From Octopus bimaculoides (lineage: Eukaryota), in NCBI RefSeq assembly GCF_001194135.2, contig NC_069001.1:39410772-39474750 (forward strand): a stretch of DNA of 63,979 nucleotides, given 5' to 3'. The first letter of the stretch is position 1. Each line of letters opens with the position of its first letter. The notes under the pieces are model-generated. The model had not been told where the DNA came from and did not search any database. It saw only the letters and a program-made list of their open reading frames with translations. The translations under genes were made by a program, and so were the position numbers. This document shows, piece after piece, positions 1 through 13,104 of the stretch.

Positions 1-402
1 ACCCAGCACTGAAGTGGGGTAGACGATTGGAGGAAATAAGTTTAACTACACATATGTAAGAACGTGTGTGTGTGTGTATTTGTGGAGATGTATTTATGAA
101 TGTGTGTCTTCATGTGGACGTGCCTAAAGACAGCTTCGAATTCTGTATATTCAGACAAATAAAATAATGATCGAATGCTTTATAGCTCCAATTCTCATTC
201 ATTGATGACCTCCTTGCAAACTGAAACTTTTAATTCATTTCAATTGATCTCTGACAGTCGATGTATCAGATTCCCAATCTATCATCTGTATCGGTCCAGA
301 TCAATGATTCCGAAAATATTTAATAATATTTTCGTCCCAAGTCAGGAATATTGTTTCTGCTAACTGAACTCTTCAAATTGATTCCAGTTAGAACTTTGGT
401 TT

Positions 403-1071
403 NNNNNNNNNNNNNNNNNNNNNNNNNNNNNNNNNNNNNNNNNNNNNNNNNNNNNNNNNNNNNNNNNNNNNNNNNNNNNNNNNNNNNNNNNNNNNNNNNN
501 NNNNNNNNNNNNNNNNNNNNNNNNNNNNNNNNNNNNNNNNNNNNNNNNNNNNNNNNNNNNNNNNNNNNNNNNNNNNNNNNNNNNNNNNNNNNNNNNNNNN
601 NNNNNNNNNNNNNNNNNNNNNNNNNNNNNNNNNNNNNNNNNNNNNNNNNNNNNNNNNNNNNNNNNNNNNNNNNNNNNNNNNNNNNNNNNNNNNNNNNNNN
701 NNNNNNNNNNNNNNNNNNNNNNNNNNNNNNNNNNNNNNNNNNNNNNNNNNNNNNNNNNNNNNNNNNNNNNNNNNNNNNNNNNNNNNNNNNNNNNNNNNNN
801 NNNNNNNNNNNNNNNNNNNNNNNNNNNNNNNNNNNNNNNNNNNNNNNNNNNNNNNNNNNNNNNNNNNNNNNNNNNNNNNNNNNNNNNNNNNNNNNNNNNN
901 NNNNNNNNNNNNNNNNNNNNNNNNNNNNNNNNNNNNNNNNNNNNNNNNNNNNNNNNNNNNNNNNNNNNNNNNNNNNNNNNNNNNNNNNNNNNNNNNNNNN
1001 NNNNNNNNNNNNNNNNNNNNNNNNNNNNNNNNNNNNNNNNNNNNNNNNNNNNNNNNNNNNNNNNNNNNNNN
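403..1071. other. Assembly gap (N run); other gaps at 16546-17252, 20362-20615, 26116-26764, 27346-27355, 30994-31003, 32660-32819, 42265-42523, 49417-49426, 50141-50150, 51172-51442
   Basis: N runs seen directly; most are flanked on at least one side by (CA)n, (TG)n or (TA)n, typical of short-read scaffolds. Confidence 0.98.
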
Positions 1072-1134
<63 letters not shown>

Positions 1135-1522
1135 ACAATCTGACTATAAAATTAATGGTGTATGTTTAAGTAATGTTTACAACCGATGACGAATAAATGC
1201 AGTTTCATAAACATGGCTGACCAGAAACTCTTCAGTCTTCTCCTTCTACACCAACCGTTCCAAATCGATTATCATTGCTGTACAACTCGACAAATCAATA
1301 ATTCTCTACCAGGTTTTTTTTTCTAATATTTAAGAAAATAAACTCTTTGCCTGTTGATATTTTTATAAGGGGAATATTCGTAATATTTTATTTACTCAAA
1401 AGTCTTGTGGTGTACCTAAATCTACATTTTGAAGGGATCCTTGCTTGCCTCTTTATTTAAGACAGTAAGGTGTAATTTAAGATTTGGCTACTCTCTCTGT
1501 ATCAGACTATCTGCCTGTCTTT

Positions 1523-1602
1523 CTCTCCCTCCACCCAACCCTCTCTCTCTCCCTCCACCCAACCATCTCTCTCTCCCCCCACCCAACCCTCTCTCTCTCT
1601 CT
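1523..1602. repeat. 24-bp minisatellite, ~3.3 copies (ctctctctctccctccacccaacc)
   Basis: Units at 1541-1564 and 1565-1588 plus partial flanking units, read directly. Confidence 0.9.
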
Positions 1603-1684
1603 AAGAGCAGTATCTGCCAGGTAGTCAGCCTCTTATTCGCTCAGATTATTTAATAAATAGTAATTGATGTCTAATTAGACTCAG

Positions 1685-1872
1685 AGTTGTCATCTATGAG
1701 CAGAACTATTTTCAAAGATATTCTAACCATGTTGACCCCCGTCGTTAAAATATGGATAAATTAAGTCTTATTTCGATCACATTCCATTAATACGTAGACG
1801 GTGTGATTTGAAGGAGATTACGCTACTATTTCTATTAGGTGTAGCTACTATGTAGAGGCCTCCCGCGTTGGT
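1685..1872 (+). mobile_element. Degenerate copy of an unclassified ~200-bp interspersed element (family C)
   Basis: Carries a 5' block like GAGCAGACCTATGATCAAAG..CCAGCCGTGACC and a 3' block like GTGTGATTTGAGGGAGATTTGGCTGCTATTTCTAGC..GTAGAGGC. The same blocks recur in the same order at 24111-24288 and, reversed, at 20931-21050. Confidence 0.65.
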
Positions 1873-2492
1873 TCATACATACACACGCCACTAGCGAATG
1901 ATATAAGGGAAATTTGGTTGCTATTTCTAACAGGCTTAGCTATCATGTAGAGACCCACGTAATCCATTCACTAAATTCAATAAACTGTAATAAACATTAT
2001 TTAGTTAGACAGGAGATAAAATAATTCTTATTCCTGACATGGGATAAAATGCATAAAATACATTCAACAACCTATATTCAATGATTCACTGCCTGAAACT
2101 GGCTCTACAATTTGGATGGACGAACGGACAGACAGACATTTTATTAGTTTGTCAGTTGCAATTACATAACACTTTAATATCGATTTCCTCATCGATCGTA
2201 TATAGTAAGACAGCAACAAACTTCAATATAATCCAAATACGTGCTCTGGATATGTATATGATTAGTGTCTCTACTGTGACCCGATCGCGACCACCATCAT
2301 CATCATCAGTAACAGCAATGACGATGTCTCCTCCTCCTGATTGTTGTTGTAATCCTTGTCTAATCCCCATAATGCCATCAGTAGAAATGATGATGATGAT
2401 GATGAATGAAATTGAAGTTCTTATTAATTTAGGAAAAGTGTAATCATAAAAAAAAGTTCAATCTGTAAATTCAAATGTATTTAACGCTATCA

Positions 2493-2571
2493 GTTTGTGC
2501 CGGTCATCGCCGAGTGGGATTGAAACCGTAATCAAGCAGTTGTGAAGCTAGCTTCTTTAATACAGGGTCAT
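2493..2571 (-). mobile_element. Degenerate tRNA-derived SINE head (family B)
   Basis: GTGGGATTGAAACC..GTTGTGAAGCTAGCTTCTTTAATACAGGGTCAT aligns by eye with the better copy at 54983-55086. Confidence 0.5.
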
Positions 2572-4182
2572 AATTCCTAATTCGTAATATAAATGATTGC
2601 TATTCATGTGTCTTTTCTATTTGGTCATAAAGTGTTGGTCAGATACGGTTTTTGATATCCGAAATATTACATCAGCCTCAAGTCCAACCTATATTCTACG
2701 AAGTCTCACTTCGACCAGTAGATATGGATTCACGCAAAAGTCAAAATCTTCATTAAATGCGCTTCATTACCATTTTCCCCAACTTATAATTGCGTTATGG
2801 CATTCCTCCAGAAAATCTGGCATCGATATGGAATAATTGTTAATATGAATCGAGATCCTCGCAGTCAGTAATTCTAGCGATTTTAGCATTCAAGGTATAG
2901 CGAGAAAATTTCATAAAAATTCGTAATAGGATGGCGGGATATCTTACAGAGTGACATAATTCAACTTGGTTGAACAGAGAGGAATAATGCCAGTTAATGG
3001 CGAGCCAAGTTTCTGGTGTGAAAATCGTGCATTATTTTCACGCAAGATATGAAGCGAAACAAAAAGAAAAAAAAAAATCGAAATAACTCCGACTGTTGCC
3101 GTGTTTCTGTGATTCTATCGACAGTGTTTGTGCTTTGGCAAGCAAATCTAGTTAAGATGGAATAAAATTAACAAAGCTCTGTTCTGATTATATTCCGATA
3201 ATTGTAAATCTGTTTTGTCTCTATTCTGATAGAACAGTCAATATTTCATATATTAATTAGTACATTGTTTTAATTTACTTATTGCAAGTGATATAAGCGG
3301 CCACACGTGATCAACAAGGCAATATTCTTTAAAGCGAGTCAGCTTCTCAAATGCATTTCTTCACATTTAATCAGAAATTGTTCTGACGCAGATTCCACAA
3401 CACTAAAAGATTTGAATTACAGGAAATACTGAAATGAACTTTTAATTAAATTAAGAAAGCCTAAATAGAATTTGTAAACAATGATTACATCGTTGTCAAT
3501 GGATACTTGAGAGACCTGCATTTTTCGTTTTCTCACCCTCTCTTTCCCTCGACTCCATTTCTCTCTCTCTCAACTCTCTCCCTTCTCCCTCTTGTGGTTT
3601 ATTCCGTCAATTAGGGATGAGGCTTCTTAGACCGACAGATATCGCTACTACTCGAGCAAACATTGATACTGTAGACACTCTAAAGTGGGAGGCGAGTCAA
3701 TAGCATAACTGACTGGATTGGATATCAATTAAATATGGAATTGATTAGCTATCACGTGTGCATAAAGTAGATTACAACATTATTCTTTGGTTCTGGTTCA
3801 GATCCAATAATAGCAATTGTATATACGAAAAAACGGAAACTTAAACCGACAGAAGATGTATAACTTACAACTATCATACTCGAGTTAACATCGTTGCATA
3901 CTATTTTATAGTAGCATAAATTTGCATATCATTAGCATAATCAATCTTCGAGGTGTTTTGATCGACGATTCTGCTAGCTGGTCACTTTTCAACTGATATG
4001 ATGCTTTTAATTACTGTTTGTGATTTACCTGTCTTAAACTCAGTTACTGGTCTTAAGTGGTGTTTTCTTATTAAACTGAGGAAATGTTAACTTTAGTTAC
4101 TGTGTGCAATGACTGAAATTAGAAACATAGTGTTCTAGATGAAAATTGTAAGACACCCGTCTCTCTCTCTCTCTCTCTCTCT

Positions 4183-4220
<38 letters not shown>

Positions 4221-5656
4221 AATATGGCCACCTCTCTTCAGGATAAAAAGAAAATACTTCAAATGTAGAGAGATTCATATTTTCAAAGCCTTTTGTGATC
4301 ATTCTGCTTTTTGTCCAAAGATGGTTGCACGTCTCGCTAATGAGAAAGGGAGACTAGATTTAAATGTTATCAAATATATATTTCCTCCTGTGCGCCATAT
4401 TGACTGTGAAAAACTGAAACGTGTAAACGTTACTTTGCGAAACAACCTCTTCATAGATCGATACATTATTACCATTTATGGATTTCATATCACAAAAGCT
4501 GAATATTAGTCTCGTTTCGGATCGGTTTTCTACGAACCAGTCACTGTTTTACAAAATTTATGAGAGGTGAGAGTAACAAGGAAGCTTTTGTGTTGCTTGT
4601 CACATAATAATTCAGATTATTTTTATTCCCCTACATACGTATGTAACTTAGCGTTTCGATGCTGCTTCATATTATATTAATATTTCATCTCTTTTCTTAT
4701 CGATAGGGTTTTGTTTACTTTCTCCAAATCTCAATTAATATTTTATGTGCACGGCACTTAACACACCATTTACTGACTTAACAAACATCCCAAGGGATTT
4801 CGTTCATAATGAGTCGGTTGTTTCAATATTCTCGCCAGTATAATACATTCTTCACGAACATACATCGGTGAAAGACACGAGCATGTGTACACAATATATA
4901 TCAGTGCGCGCGCGACGCATGCATGTGTGCACAAGAAGATGAGCTCGAGCAAATGATTGAAATAGGCCAATGGTATGAATTTAAATCAGGTGGCTGGTGA
5001 TGTGCTGAATGATGTATTCAAAACCGAATCCTAGTGAATTGAGGGCCTTCCCCTCGCCTTAGTTGGGGAAACACAACAAAAACTTAGAAAACAGAATTCT
5101 ATAATTCTGAACAAAAAAAACAAACATTAATATATATATATATACAATAGTTACTGAATGGAGAAGATCCAGGCTACGTATATTTCATAGCATGCGGAAC
5201 CTCAGATTAAATTTAATCATAGATATCCTTGGCCTGAAGAGTATCCGGCAGTATACGCCTCACTTGGATATTTACCACTTCCGAGGTTCCACTTGTTATG
5301 AAACATATGCTGCCCGGATCTTATCTGCTCCATTCCTTAACTTTTATATTCTTATTCGCATACCCAGCAACCCTGGTTGCCTACCGTGAAATATAAAAAG
5401 AATTTTTTTCAGTTTATCGTACTTTGATACGAAACAAATCCACACCCTTCCCCTCTCAATAAACCACTATTGTTCCTCAAAGTTGTTTTTTTTTTATATA
5501 TTTACTACAGATTGTTTGACTCTAAATTTCTTCTTACTTTTCGATCCCTGGATCTTACATGTGTGTGTGTGTATGTATATAGGATGGGTTCCACGTACCA
5601 AATCCCGTAGACAAAGAACTGACAAACCCGATAGTGCAGCAGCAGCAGACACTTAC

Positions 5657-5799
5657 CCAAGGGGCCGCTCAATGGAATCGCATCTTCAACTACATTGTTG
5701 CAATGTGCTTTTCTTCTCCGCACAGCATTTCCTATACCTATTCCATTATTGATATTAATATTGCAGTCGAATGTTTTCAAAATGAAATTTATTGTTAAC
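5657..5799 (-). CDS. Candidate internal exon, unknown product (LTINFILKTFDCNININNGIGIGNAVRRRKAHCNNVVEDAIPLSGPL)
   Basis: Acceptor attttttcgtgttaaag, strong donor G/GTAAGT, 143 nt with exactly one open frame. No family recognised. Confidence 0.3.
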
Positions 5800-6090
5800 C
5801 TTTAACACGAAAAAATAATTGAATTTGTTAGGTTTTGAGAAATTGCAAGCTTGGTGCTAAACAAAATGGGTGAATGTGTTATATTTTGTTCTCGATTTCT
5901 TTAAACAGACGATTAGATGTCGTTTGTGAGATAAATGTCAGACAAGAGATGCGAGATTCTGCAAGTTTTTTGCTATTTTTATTGCTGTAGTATTTAATCT
6001 AAAATAGATGCGTCTTTACTTTAAATTTAAGCAAGACGGACAAAAATAAATAAATTACCGGATTAACTTAATTCGTTAATTAGACTTGTT

Positions 6091-6155
6091 CTTTAAGTTT
6101 TGATCTTCAAGTCCTATCAATGTTCTCATTTCATTTTCCATCCTTACAAGTCGAA
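6091..6155 (-). repeat. Copy 1 of a local duplication (partner 7076-7140)
   Basis: 44 bp identical to 7076-7119, then 21 ungapped bp with 6 substitutions. Confidence 0.95.
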
Positions 6156-7062
6156 AGACTTGTTAATTTTACTGAAATTATTTCAGCTAGCACCCACCTC
6201 TATTTATAGAATTGAAATGTCTGAAGCCAATTTTCTATATTTCAGTTTCAAATCCTAGTGATGTGAATAAGATACAATATCAGTCATATACTGGCGACCA
6301 GTTTTCTATGGCAATTTTCCCACCAAGTTTCAGACATATCCCAATGTTAGAAATCCCCTTTGTTGCTGTAACTCATTGTAAACTGACACCCGTATCTGAA
6401 TTCTGCAGAGAAAGTCATTTTTATTGCGATTATCTCGGGTTCAAACTGGCGCACGTATCTCCTGTCGACCTCGGGCTTACGGAAGTTGTTTTAATGGAAG
6501 TCACCTAACAAAATCTGTAGAAGATATTCCAAAGCAATGTTCTTATTTTTGGCTGGTAATTTATTTCTACCTGTAACTCAGTTTAACATAACACCTTGGT
6601 CTGTGGCTAAGTAGAATACACTTCCAACTGTTACAGTTTACTGAATAAGCTTTTCAGTTAAGGGTAACGTCTTCTACCTCTCATCACGCCAGTCTTGTAA
6701 GCTCTGGAAAGTATCAACACGCTGCTCCTCCCACTTAGGACTTAGTCAAAGACATTTCTGTGGGGGTTTTTTTTATGAGTTCAGTATGTGGGAATTTCAA
6801 TTCTGCAAATATTAAAATTCTTCGAATTAAAATTCTTCGACTGACATACTTAGACTGGAGTGACTGAAAATTGAAATCACTCATCTTCTAATCGAAACAT
6901 GCATACGCACCCAAACACACGTACGCATCACGCACACGCGCACACAGAAATTTACTTGTCTATGTCTAAATACGTATGTGTGTGTATGTATGTGTGTGTG
7001 TGTGCTGATACAGACCAAATATATTAGAATAAATGACGATATACCCGTCATGTTTTATACAC

Positions 7063-7152
7063 CTACAACGAAAGCCTTTAAGTTTTGATCTTCAAGTCCT
7101 ATCAATGTTCTCATTTCATCTTCAGTCTTTACAATTTGAAGTTGATTCCTTA
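7063..7152 (-). CDS. Candidate symmetric phase-1 exon, 90 nt (RNQLQIVKTEDEMRTLIGLEDQNLKAFVV), unknown product
   Basis: Acceptor tatctttaacgtcatag, donor GTAG/GTGTAT, open frame, length divisible by 3. The paralogous copy shows conservative amino-acid changes. Confidence 0.4.
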
Positions 7153-7457
7153 CTATGACGTTAAAGATATTCGTACAAATAAGTTAGCTTTGGCAAATTC
7201 CTGCATTAAGATTTTATGAACGTAGTGGAGAATATTTTTATAATTTGGCAAATTTCGAGTGTAATTTCTTCCCATCACAACGAGATTTCTTTTTCTTTCA
7301 TTTCTATACAAAACCTCATTCGTTACGTTCTGCCAGACGACTGTTCGTTACTTTGAATAACAAATGGAAGTGCATACACTCACACGTTTATTATTTCTGA
7401 GTAAAATAAAAATAAACAAAATTAATTATAGATAAGTATTAAAAATATATAACACGA

Positions 7458-7516
<59 letters not shown>

Positions 7517-8634
7517 CATACATACAACGTATGTACATACACGCGCGCTCACATACATGCATACACACACACACACCTGTGTGTGTTTGCGTACGAATAT
7601 TTTTCTCTGTCCCTCTCTGAGTGGGTGCGTGTCTGCGATCGTGTGTGCCCTGTGTCAGTAAGAATTAGTTCCTCTGCAATATGTAAGGAAACATAAAGCT
7701 GTTTCCCATCCATTTAATATGATCGATCTCTGAACATGTAACAATAAATAATAGAGAACTAATCAAACTGAAATGTACATGGCTTGAACAATAAATTTTC
7801 AGTATTGATTCCTATAACGATCGATTTTTTTTGTAAATAAAAAGCTGTGCAGAGAAGAAGAAAATAACTCTGACATATAAAGAAAAAACTGACATGTGAT
7901 CGCGCGTAAATCTGGGCCACGCACGCACACACGCACACGCACACACACACACTCTCTCTCACCCTCTCTTTCTCTCTCTCAACCCTTTTGTGTGTGTGCG
8001 TGTTATAGAAAATGCAGTTGGCCTCCAGGTTAATGGCTCTTTCAAATATTGTTTATATCTAAACATTGTTTGACTGCTTTATTTGAAATACTTAGGTTTT
8101 AAGAACGCATTTTGTAGGAGAATGAATCACTTTATAACCGGAAAAATTATAAATACAAGTAAGCAATCGGGATAATTGTGAAACCCTAAATGTAATTTAC
8201 TCCACAAAAGTATCGAAATATTAATTATAGAATATTCAAAAGTAAAATACAGATTGAAAATCAATCAGTCTTTCCTGAATATATATATATTAAACTAAAG
8301 TACCGGAGTTAATCGATAAACTATTGTAAAGCTGGCAATTCGCAAACGACAACATTCTGATGATCTCTCGTTGCCTAATGCAACAAGCAACACAACATTA
8401 GTCTAATCGTATCAGTCAAAATGATGTAACTGAGAAGGTCATAAATCATAAATTGACATAGGAATGTTATTGTTGGACAATACTCATCAAGGCCTAAAAA
8501 TGGATTATGATGAATCTTTAATGGAAAATCATTGAACACTCTCATAGCTGCGTCTTCTTCAGTACAGCGTGGCCAAAGGAAAAGAGTTCTAACAGCGATG
8601 TATAATAATATGCGATTGTCTGGTCGATCACGAT

Positions 8635-8669
<35 letters not shown>

Positions 8670-8814
8670 TGTGATCGACCAGATAATCCGGTATTGTTAC
8701 ACATCGTTGGTCTCAATCACCGTTTTGTTTTTGCATCGTTTTTAGATTTCGGATGACGCCACAGCGCTGGCTAGGCGAGCAGGCCAACAATGCCCCCCTC
8801 CCCCCTGATCGGAA

Positions 8815-8976
8815 AGCTATGCAGTCACAGGGTGATCCATTTACAGCTGAATGGACTGGAGCAGCGTGAAATAGAGTTTTTCACAAGAACACAACGCGCC
8901 CCCTGGTTCGGGTATCGAACCTACGATCTAGCGAAGCGATCGTTAGCGCAACATCCTAAACCCTACATCTCGCACC
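8815..8976 (-). mobile_element. tRNA-headed SINE with CORE-like central region (family D)
   Basis: Minus strand reads GGTGCG..GGTTTAGGATGTTGCG..GTAGGTTCGATACCC (B box)..TTGTGTTCTTG..ATTTCACGCTGCTCCAGTCCATTCAGCTGTAAATGG; related to 25301-25503. Confidence 0.75.
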
Positions 8977-8977
8977 T

Positions 8978-9026
<49 letters not shown>

Positions 9027-9831
9027 AGTGGTGGTGGGATGTATATGTCGTTTTCCATCATCAATCCTTTCGTATATTTGTTTATTCACATGTTCTGTCA
9101 TATATGGTGTTCAGTCTTTAGCCCCGAGACAGAAGCTGTGGCCTTAGACATGTCACCCCCAACTCTTTCTCTCTTTGAAATACACAGTGACACGCACAAA
9201 CCATTCGCTTTCGAACACACACATACATATACATCCATATACACGTACACACGTGTGTGTGTGTCTTAGAAATATTTTATAATTCGAAAAAAAAACAAAA
9301 AAACAATGAAGCTTCTTTTACATAATATTTGCTCTGTTATACATATTCAAAAGTGGAATCTTTATATTTTATATTCAATGACCCCAAAAAGAAATAAACA
9401 CACGCGCCAAGGTTGTAGGTATGTATGTGTATGTTTATATATGTTTGTGCATATTTATGCAATATATGCATTTATATTCGCATATGGTTACTAATGCATC
9501 CTAATATATTAGATGTTTTATTCATCATCGCTGCAATAAGTAATATGCCAAGCAGACTACGTAGTACATGTCTGAATAAGACATTAAGGCAGTTGTTGTC
9601 TAGAATTGAGAAAGAAATTCCAGTGATTTGTTGAAGAAATAATTCTAGCCTTTTGTCTTTCTTCCTCCCCACTTCATTCAGTCGTAACTACATCGATTAC
9701 TGCAGACTGGAAATCTACTGAAATCGGGATAGATGTATGCGCCTGTGTATGTATTATATATGATGAATTTATGTCATGAAATTCCATGAATCCCATCAAT
9801 TTTATTAAAAATGGAAACAAGTATGAAACAA

Positions 9832-9872
<41 letters not shown>

Positions 9873-9935
9873 CACGCACCTGTGTGTGCGTGTGTACACA
9901 TGCATAAATATGTACGAATTAAAAACCATGCATAG

Positions 9936-9980
<45 letters not shown>

Positions 9981-10691
9981 ATTTGCTTCTCTATATATAA
10001 ATATATATTTTACATATGTGTATCTACGAGTACAAGTACTTTTTGTGTGTATATTGAAAGATAATGATGTGTAGCCATAACTGATTATAATCATTGTAGA
10101 AAAATTAAGCAATAATTCTACGTTCTCCAAACGAGCATTATTAGAGTTGATTCTTGAAGATTGATTACGGCTTACCGATTTCTAGTAATATCTTGAATCA
10201 ATGGAAAAGTGCGAAGGAATTATGGCAATGCTTTGTTTAATTATTCCTTAACGGACTCTTTCAAAATGCTATCAATGTGAAGTGGATCTTCAACAATTTA
10301 ATGCCTGGAATCGACCAATTGTTGTAATACTCGAGATAAGTCAATACTTGCCTTCGTCATCCGCTTCTACTTCACACTACATCCTCTGTGTCCTCTCTTT
10401 GCCAATTCTACTGCTACTACATTTGCTTCCACTTTTTTCAGGTTTCCCAACCAACTTGTTTATCCGTTTCCCCGCTTTCTACACCTAGTGAATCCACTCG
10501 ACCCAGTCCTTCCTTCCTTCCTTTCTGAAATATCTCCCTTCCCACGTTTCCCTCTGCAGTTGTCGATTTACCGTTGTTCAAAACGAACATTGACTCCATC
10601 GTTCTCAAAGTATTCAACGACTTGGATACTCCGAGTACAATTCCTTTCTCAAAACCAAATCAAGAAAGGACGTTGATGGTTCTTCAGTTAA

Positions 10692-11042
10692 AATAAAATC
10701 ATAAGAATCGACAAACTCCTTTAACATTCCAATTAAACCAATATTTGTTTCCTTTCTTTCTTTCTACTTGTCATTTCTGAAGTTTCTGTAAAACTTTCCT
10801 CATCCAGTCTGTCAAGATTCTTCTGCCAATCGTTGTTGAATATTCACTCGCTTCAAACTTATATCACGTTCACTGAGTTTAAGTCGATAGATTTCTTGTT
10901 ATTAAATATCAACAAAATATTAATGTTAGAGAAAAAAACATTTTTAAATAACAATGCAAAACGCATTTCCAATATCGAACTAAAAACTAAAAAATTTTTT
11001 TCAGAAACTCCAAGTCCTATCACATTGAAATATAAACCTATG
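10692..11042 (+). pseudogene. Decayed ORF resembling the N-terminal part of a Penelope-like retroelement protein
   Basis: One frame reads NKIIRIDKLL*HSN*TNICFLSFF...SVKLSSSSL...LQTYITFTEFKSIDFLLLNINK...NNAKRISNIELK with two in-frame stops. Resembles the H-x2-FL-x2-C..PKG-x2-LK region of Penelope ORFs by eye only. Confidence 0.35.
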
Positions 11043-12064
11043 TCCATCCATGCTATGATATACTGTAACAGCTCAACCCTTTTATTCTCCGATATATTTG
11101 AAATTAGCTTCTTTTGCTATTTCTATTGATTTAACAATCAAAAGAAAACTATTGATTAAAATGATTTTCTCTTACGACTGCGATCTTAAAGAATATACAG
11201 TAAACCATGGATAAATATCCACCCGGAGAAATATGTAAAATGAAGTAGAGTTTGAAATAAAACCATGATCTCGTTTCAAGTTCCAATATATAACATTTCT
11301 TTCCAATGGTATTATGGTGAAAAGTTATACCTCTTGGTGCGCGTTTGTATTTCATATCAGACACATAACAGCATTCAGGTCTCTTTGAAAAATAACTGTT
11401 TGCAAAGCAGTCTTTTCCCGTTAGTCCCTATAACACGTTCTATCAAGGTAACATATGGTGCAAATACATGTACAATCTTAGTCAAGTAAAATAAATTCTA
11501 TAGGACAGTAACACATAGTGGAATAACATTAACATAACAGCGGAAACATTTTATTCACCTGGATTACTTCCCTCGTCCGCTGAATGTCGGATATTCATGA
11601 GATTTCCACATCTTATATCTCATATATCTCAGTCGACGCTGAGAATTTATTACGTAATCTATTTTCATGGTATATCATGATTCTGGAAGCACCACGAGCA
11701 TGCTCCGTTTATACACACGCACATAAGGCCTGGGTCGGAGCGTAAAGTCTCATAGCCATGATACTACGGTATAAGACGTTCATTATTGATAATGTTTCTG
11801 CTTTGATATTTTGATCGGAACCAAATGTAGTTTCCAGATATTGTATCTAACTGAGGTACAACTTTAATTCTTTTTGATGCCATCGATGTTTGAGTTTATG
11901 TTGGAACAGTTACTTTGATTTCTTTGAATTTTGTGGGGAAAAGAAGATTCAACCCATCACCCAGTTAAACTTCACCATTTGGTTTTTGGATACCTTTTAA
12001 TGCAATTCACTCTGTTTCGAGAAGGGTGACCAAATTAAAAAGTCACCCGGTCTAACTGCATCAC

Positions 12065-12207
12065 CTGCTCCTTGTGTACTTTAGCAAATTGTTTCTATTG
12101 CTAACAGTTGGAACCAGGTGACTTGTCTCGAGTTGATTTACTTGCTGCATTATCAGAATACATGGTAATAGGGCCTTATGTGCTGCCCTTCCTTCTGTGA
12201 TCCACCT
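12065..12207 (-). CDS. Candidate exon (RWITEGRAAHKALLPCILIMQQVNQLETSHLVPTVSNRNNLLKYTRS), unknown product
   Basis: Acceptor tctttcgtttcag, donor CAG/GTGATG, a single open frame (phase 0 to 2). Confidence 0.3.
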
Positions 12208-12544
12208 CTGAAACGAAAGATCTTACACATATAAGGTGGAGGAGATAATATTAATGGGATCGGATCGTGTCTTTTTAACGCCCTGATGACAAATACTGGG
12301 GGCTTTCTACAGTAAATAGAAACAAACTTTTGGTGTTGATTATCAGCGAGAAATGCTTACGAAAGTTGTCATATCTTCTAATCAAATATATTAAATTCCT
12401 TGTTACCTAACCAAAAGAAATCGATATTTTGGTGCAGGAAAATACAATTATCTTAAATCATTTTACATATCTTTTCTAAAATCTAAAATATAATTTGCTT
12501 TAATTCAAGAAGAGAGCGGGATGGACCTCGTAAATAGAACTTAC

Positions 12545-12727
12545 GAAATAAATAAAGTAAAGCGAGGAAATAAGAAGATAATTATTTTCGAAATAAATAT
12601 TTGAGGAATTAGAGAAATGAATTTTCTGAATGTTATGTCTTCCTTTTTGATTGTTGCCGTATAGATGACTAATTTTATTGACTTCCTCTTCTCGGAATTT
12701 CTCTTCTATATTCACTGCTGTCACCAT
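12545..12727 (-). CDS. Candidate exon (MVTAVNIEEKFREEEVNKISHLYG...LYFIYF), unknown product
   Basis: 61 open codons ending at a strong TTC/GTAAGT donor; the acceptor (gtgtgaag) is weak; phase 0-0. Confidence 0.25.
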
Positions 12728-13104
12728 CTTCACACAGCAGAGGACAGCAAAATTAAATCAATATAATTTATTTTGTTTTGTATCTTTTTAATTTTATGTT
12801 TTTGACAGAAATAATAAATCCTGTAATGAAATATTAGATGAAATAATATAAATAAAATATTTTCTGAAAACTCGAGTGTTTAGACATAGCAGTAGATGCT
12901 GGAATTGATGTGGAAGTATTCATTGACATATCAGCACCAAAACCAATCTCGGTAGAATTTCAGAAATAAAACCATTTCTGAAGAAACTATTGATGAATGA
13001 GATATTCCAACTTAATCCTTCGACTTCCATACATTTCTAAACAATACCAACAACATGGAAACATTTTCATTTTCCTGGTATCAGTTTCTGGTCTGAGGAA
13101 ATAC

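Noticed and set aside
2081-2443. 120-aa ORF
   Set aside because: It is driven by (CAT)n, (CCT)n, (TGT)n and (ATG)n triplet runs and has no recognisable domain.
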